Source: the human T2T-CHM13v2.0 reference genome, Homo sapiens. From it: a stretch of DNA of 64,000 nucleotides. Below are positions 61,010 to 64,000 of the stretch, piece after piece (within the stretch, counting starts at the first letter, position 1; every line of letters starts with the position of its first letter). The notes beneath the pieces are model-generated. The model searched no databases. It had not been told where the DNA came from and was given only the letters and a program-made list of their open reading frames with translations. The stretch lies in assembly GCF_009914755.1 (NCBI RefSeq), contig NC_060925.1, one strand, 5' to 3'. Both the position numbers and the translations under genes were made by a program.

Positions 61010-63000
61010 AGATATTCATTCAACATAGAGTTTTTGAGCTCCCACTCTACCAGATACTCTTCTAAAGTACTGGGGAGGTGATGGTAAACAAGACAGACAG
61101 TGCCTCTGTTTCATGGGACTTACAGTCCAGTGGGGAAATACAGTAACTAAACAGTAAGTAGATAAATAAGAAAATATCAATGAGAATATAGTAGAAATAA
61201 AACAAAGTGATGTGATAGTCATGGATGGCTACCTTAGATTCACTAAGGAAGTTATATTCAAGGAAATTGAAACCTTGAAGACAAGAAAGAGCTAGCCATA
61301 TGAAAATACTGGAGAAGAATGTTCCAGGCAAGGGAAATTGCTAATGTAAAAGTGCTATGGCTGGATTTAATTTGTGTTTGAAGAACAGAATAAAAAAGGC
61401 CATTGTGGCTGGAGCATATTAAATAAAGGGAAGAATGGCTTGAAAGCCTGGAGAGAATGGCAGGAGCAAGATCACTTAGGGTTTTGGGTCATAGATTTAG
61501 ATTTAATTCTAACTCAGTGGGAAGCATTGGAAAGCTTTTAGGCAATAGAAGTGTCATAAATCCTATGTTTTTAAGAGATTATTGTGTTTTCTATGAAGAG
61601 AACATATTCTAGCGAGGATGAAAGCAAAGAAAACCAGTTATGAAGTTATTGTCCTCTAAATGAAAAACAATGGTGGTTTAGATTACAGTTGTAACGGTGA
61701 AGATAAATATTCTTCTTCACATTTGGGATATGTTTTTGGGAGTGGATTATATTAGCAGAGGGGAGAGAAAGTGTTGGCTTATTACTTGGTAGATGGTAAT
61801 GCCACTTACTGAGACTGAGGCCTTGTTGGTACAGGTTTGAGGATGGAAAATCTCCCCAAATGAAGAGTTCTATTCTGGATATGTTAAAATGGAAATGGCT
61901 ACTATACTTCTAGGAGAAATGTTACTTAAGTAGTTGGATATGAAAATCTTGAGTTTTGGGTACAGATTAGGACCAGAAAGAGTTATAAGTCATCAATATA
62001 TGAATAACATCTAAAACATCAAGATTGTATTTATTACCTCCGGAGAAGTTCTAGTTCTACTCTTTTAGCTCTGCTTTCAACTCTAAATTTGGAGCATAGG
62101 TGAGAAAGCCAGGAAAGGTAGTGGTTAGTGGTGTGCTGGAAAACCAGAAGAGTGTAGGATCACAGAGTTGAAGAAGGAGGAAGTAATTAACTGTGTTGAA
62201 TATTTCTGTGGGGTCAAGGAGGGTAAAAACAAGAAGTGATCATTGACTGGCATTCTGGATGCCATTACTGACCTTGTTAAGAGCAATTTCATTGGAGTGT
62301 TGGAGAGGGGAGCATGATTTGAGTGGATTAAGGAGAAAATGAATGGAGAAGTGACAACTCCTTTAAGAAGTGTTGTTAAAGGGGGCAGAGAAATGAGTTG
62401 ATAGCGGATATGGATGTACTATCAGGAAAGAGGGTATTTTTTGTTTTTAAAGTAGGATGTTTAGAACAGCATTATCCCGCAGAACTTTCCCCAATAATGG
62501 AAATGTTCTATGATCTGCACTGTCCAATATGGAAGCCACAAACCACATGTGGCTAGTGTAACTGATTCTTTTTAACTTAATTTCCATTCATTTAAATAGT
62601 CACATATGTCTAGTGACTTTTGAATTGCACAGCATAGTTCTAGAACATGTGCATTAACTGATGGTAACAGTCTGAGAGGAAGAAATTGTTATAGTACTAA
62701 AGGACATTATTAAAGGAATGACATCATGAGTAGATGAGAAAGGCTAGAACCCAAAGCACAATGGAAGGATTAACTGTTGATAGTAGCAGGGGTACTAGAT
62801 CCTCTGAGGGAATGCAGAAATGCTGACATAGATGAGAGGTCACTGGTAGATTTAATGGTAAAGGATAAGGGATTTTCTTTTTACTTCTGTTTTCTCTATA
62901 ATGTACCAGGCAGTGTAATCATGCAGAGAGATCAGAAGGCTAGAGGAAAAAGGAGAAGGTATAAAATAATCTTTTGATACAGGGAAATTACATATTGCCC
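61010..63000. mobile_element. L2 LINE
   Basis: attcattcaaca start, gacttacagtccagtgggga, aatgttccaggca, long purine-rich L2-like body. Confidence 0.78.
62467..62637. mobile_element. hAT-Charlie MITE (MER3-like) inside the L2
   Basis: atggaaatgttcta..ctgcactgtccaatatgg..ccacatgtggcta; 8-bp flanks gtttagaa / ttctagaa. Confidence 0.8.
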
Positions 63001-63063
63001 ATTCAAGATTTGTGGTTATTATTTTAAGGTAGCATCAATCAGCATAATTGTTACTAATTGTTT

Positions 63064-63252
63064 TATATATATATATGTATATGTATATATACACAATATA
63101 TGTTATATAACCTATAACATATATGTTATATAACTTATGTAACCTATATATGTTATATACATGTATGTATATATGTTATATATACATATACATATGTATA
63201 TGTATATATAACATATGTTATATAACCTATATATGTGTATGTATATATATAG
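63064..63252. repeat. (TA)-rich degenerate simple repeat
   Basis: TA/TG/CA alternation with a recurring atatgttatataac unit. Confidence 0.92.
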
Positions 63253-64000
63253 AGAGAGGGAGAGTTTCTCTTCTTCACAATAAACTACAGGGTGAGTATC
63301 GTCTTCCTTTCCCTAGGTAAAATTGAGGCTCACCTTAGGTCCAAATGCTAGCGGCTGAATCAGGATTCTAATCCACGTCACTCTGACTCTAAAGGTCATC
63401 TTCTTTCTACTGTATCACACTGCCCTTTTCATCTGTAACTACACTGTCCTCCCATTTTTTAATTTGTAAAATTAAGCCAGTTTCTACAGGAATTATTCTT
63501 TACTTTGTGTTTTAAGATAACTGCAGTCATGTACTTGTACTGCCACATATGGAAGTAGGAGAAATCTTTTCAACCAGGTTATTTCATTAACAGTGGAGCT
63601 CAGCTTAAGGCCTCATCCATGAGGATGCCATGTAGAAAGAGTGGAGGGATATCTGGCTAAAACAGCTATGTTGTCAGAGTCCAAAAAGAGGAAGAAAAAG
63701 TACACCTTGATCTTTTTCCCCAATAAAAGCAGTTTTTAAAGAAGGCACGGTAGATACTATCTCAGTTTCCTATCAACTGTCTTGGAGTTTATAGAAAATA
63801 ATGACTACATTCATCAAATTCTGACAAAACATAAATATTTTTGATAGATATAAGATCAACATTTTCTTAACTTCCCAGGTAGATTATGTAAAAATCAGAA
63901 TCTCAGAACTGAAAAAGATCTTATTGTGCATTTGGCCCAGCCTTCTGTCTGTTGCAAAATCTCCTCTATGCCATCAAGTTGGTATTACAGCTTCTTGACC

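Noticed and set aside
63301-63322. Pyrimidine tract plus TAG|GTAAAA as a recursive site in intron 9
   Set aside because: Weak regenerated donor, adjoins a MIR-like fragment, and such motifs are expected by chance.

Overview
Human or great-ape genomic DNA, AT-rich and repeat-dense. It covers the middle of SLC30A7 (ZnT7, the Golgi zinc transporter of the CDF/SLC30 family) on the + strand. Seven GT-AG coding exons lie at 5692-5805, 9903-9990, 10947-11073, 12498-12641, 16915-16965, 20544-20679 and 60664-60754 (exons 3-9, numbered from my recall of the gene). They splice in phase to give TM2 (HxxxD), TM3, TM4, the 21-His loop, TM5 (HILAD), TM6 and the start of the cytosolic C-terminal domain. The ~40-kb intron 8 holds an antisense HNRNPA1 processed pseudogene, an antisense near-full-length L1PA with 15-bp TSDs, nested LTRs and many Alu, L1, L2, MIR, MaLR and DNA-transposon relics. 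The supplied ORF track is almost entirely repeat- or pseudogene-derived and misses the real exons. Best leads: (1) exons 3-8 sum to 660 nt with phase-matched ends, so a back-spliced circle would carry a stop-free 'infinite' ORF of five ZnT7 helices; (2) a ~250-bp templated insertion with fold-back and microhomology scars typical of polymerase-theta repair; (3) an antisense L1 in 'gene-breaking' configuration in the intron that separates the membrane domain from the cytosolic domain; (4) candidate recursive-splice sites and an in-frame 15-nt microexon. All functional claims are hypotheses. Repeat boundaries are approximate and subfamily names come from recalled consensus sequences.
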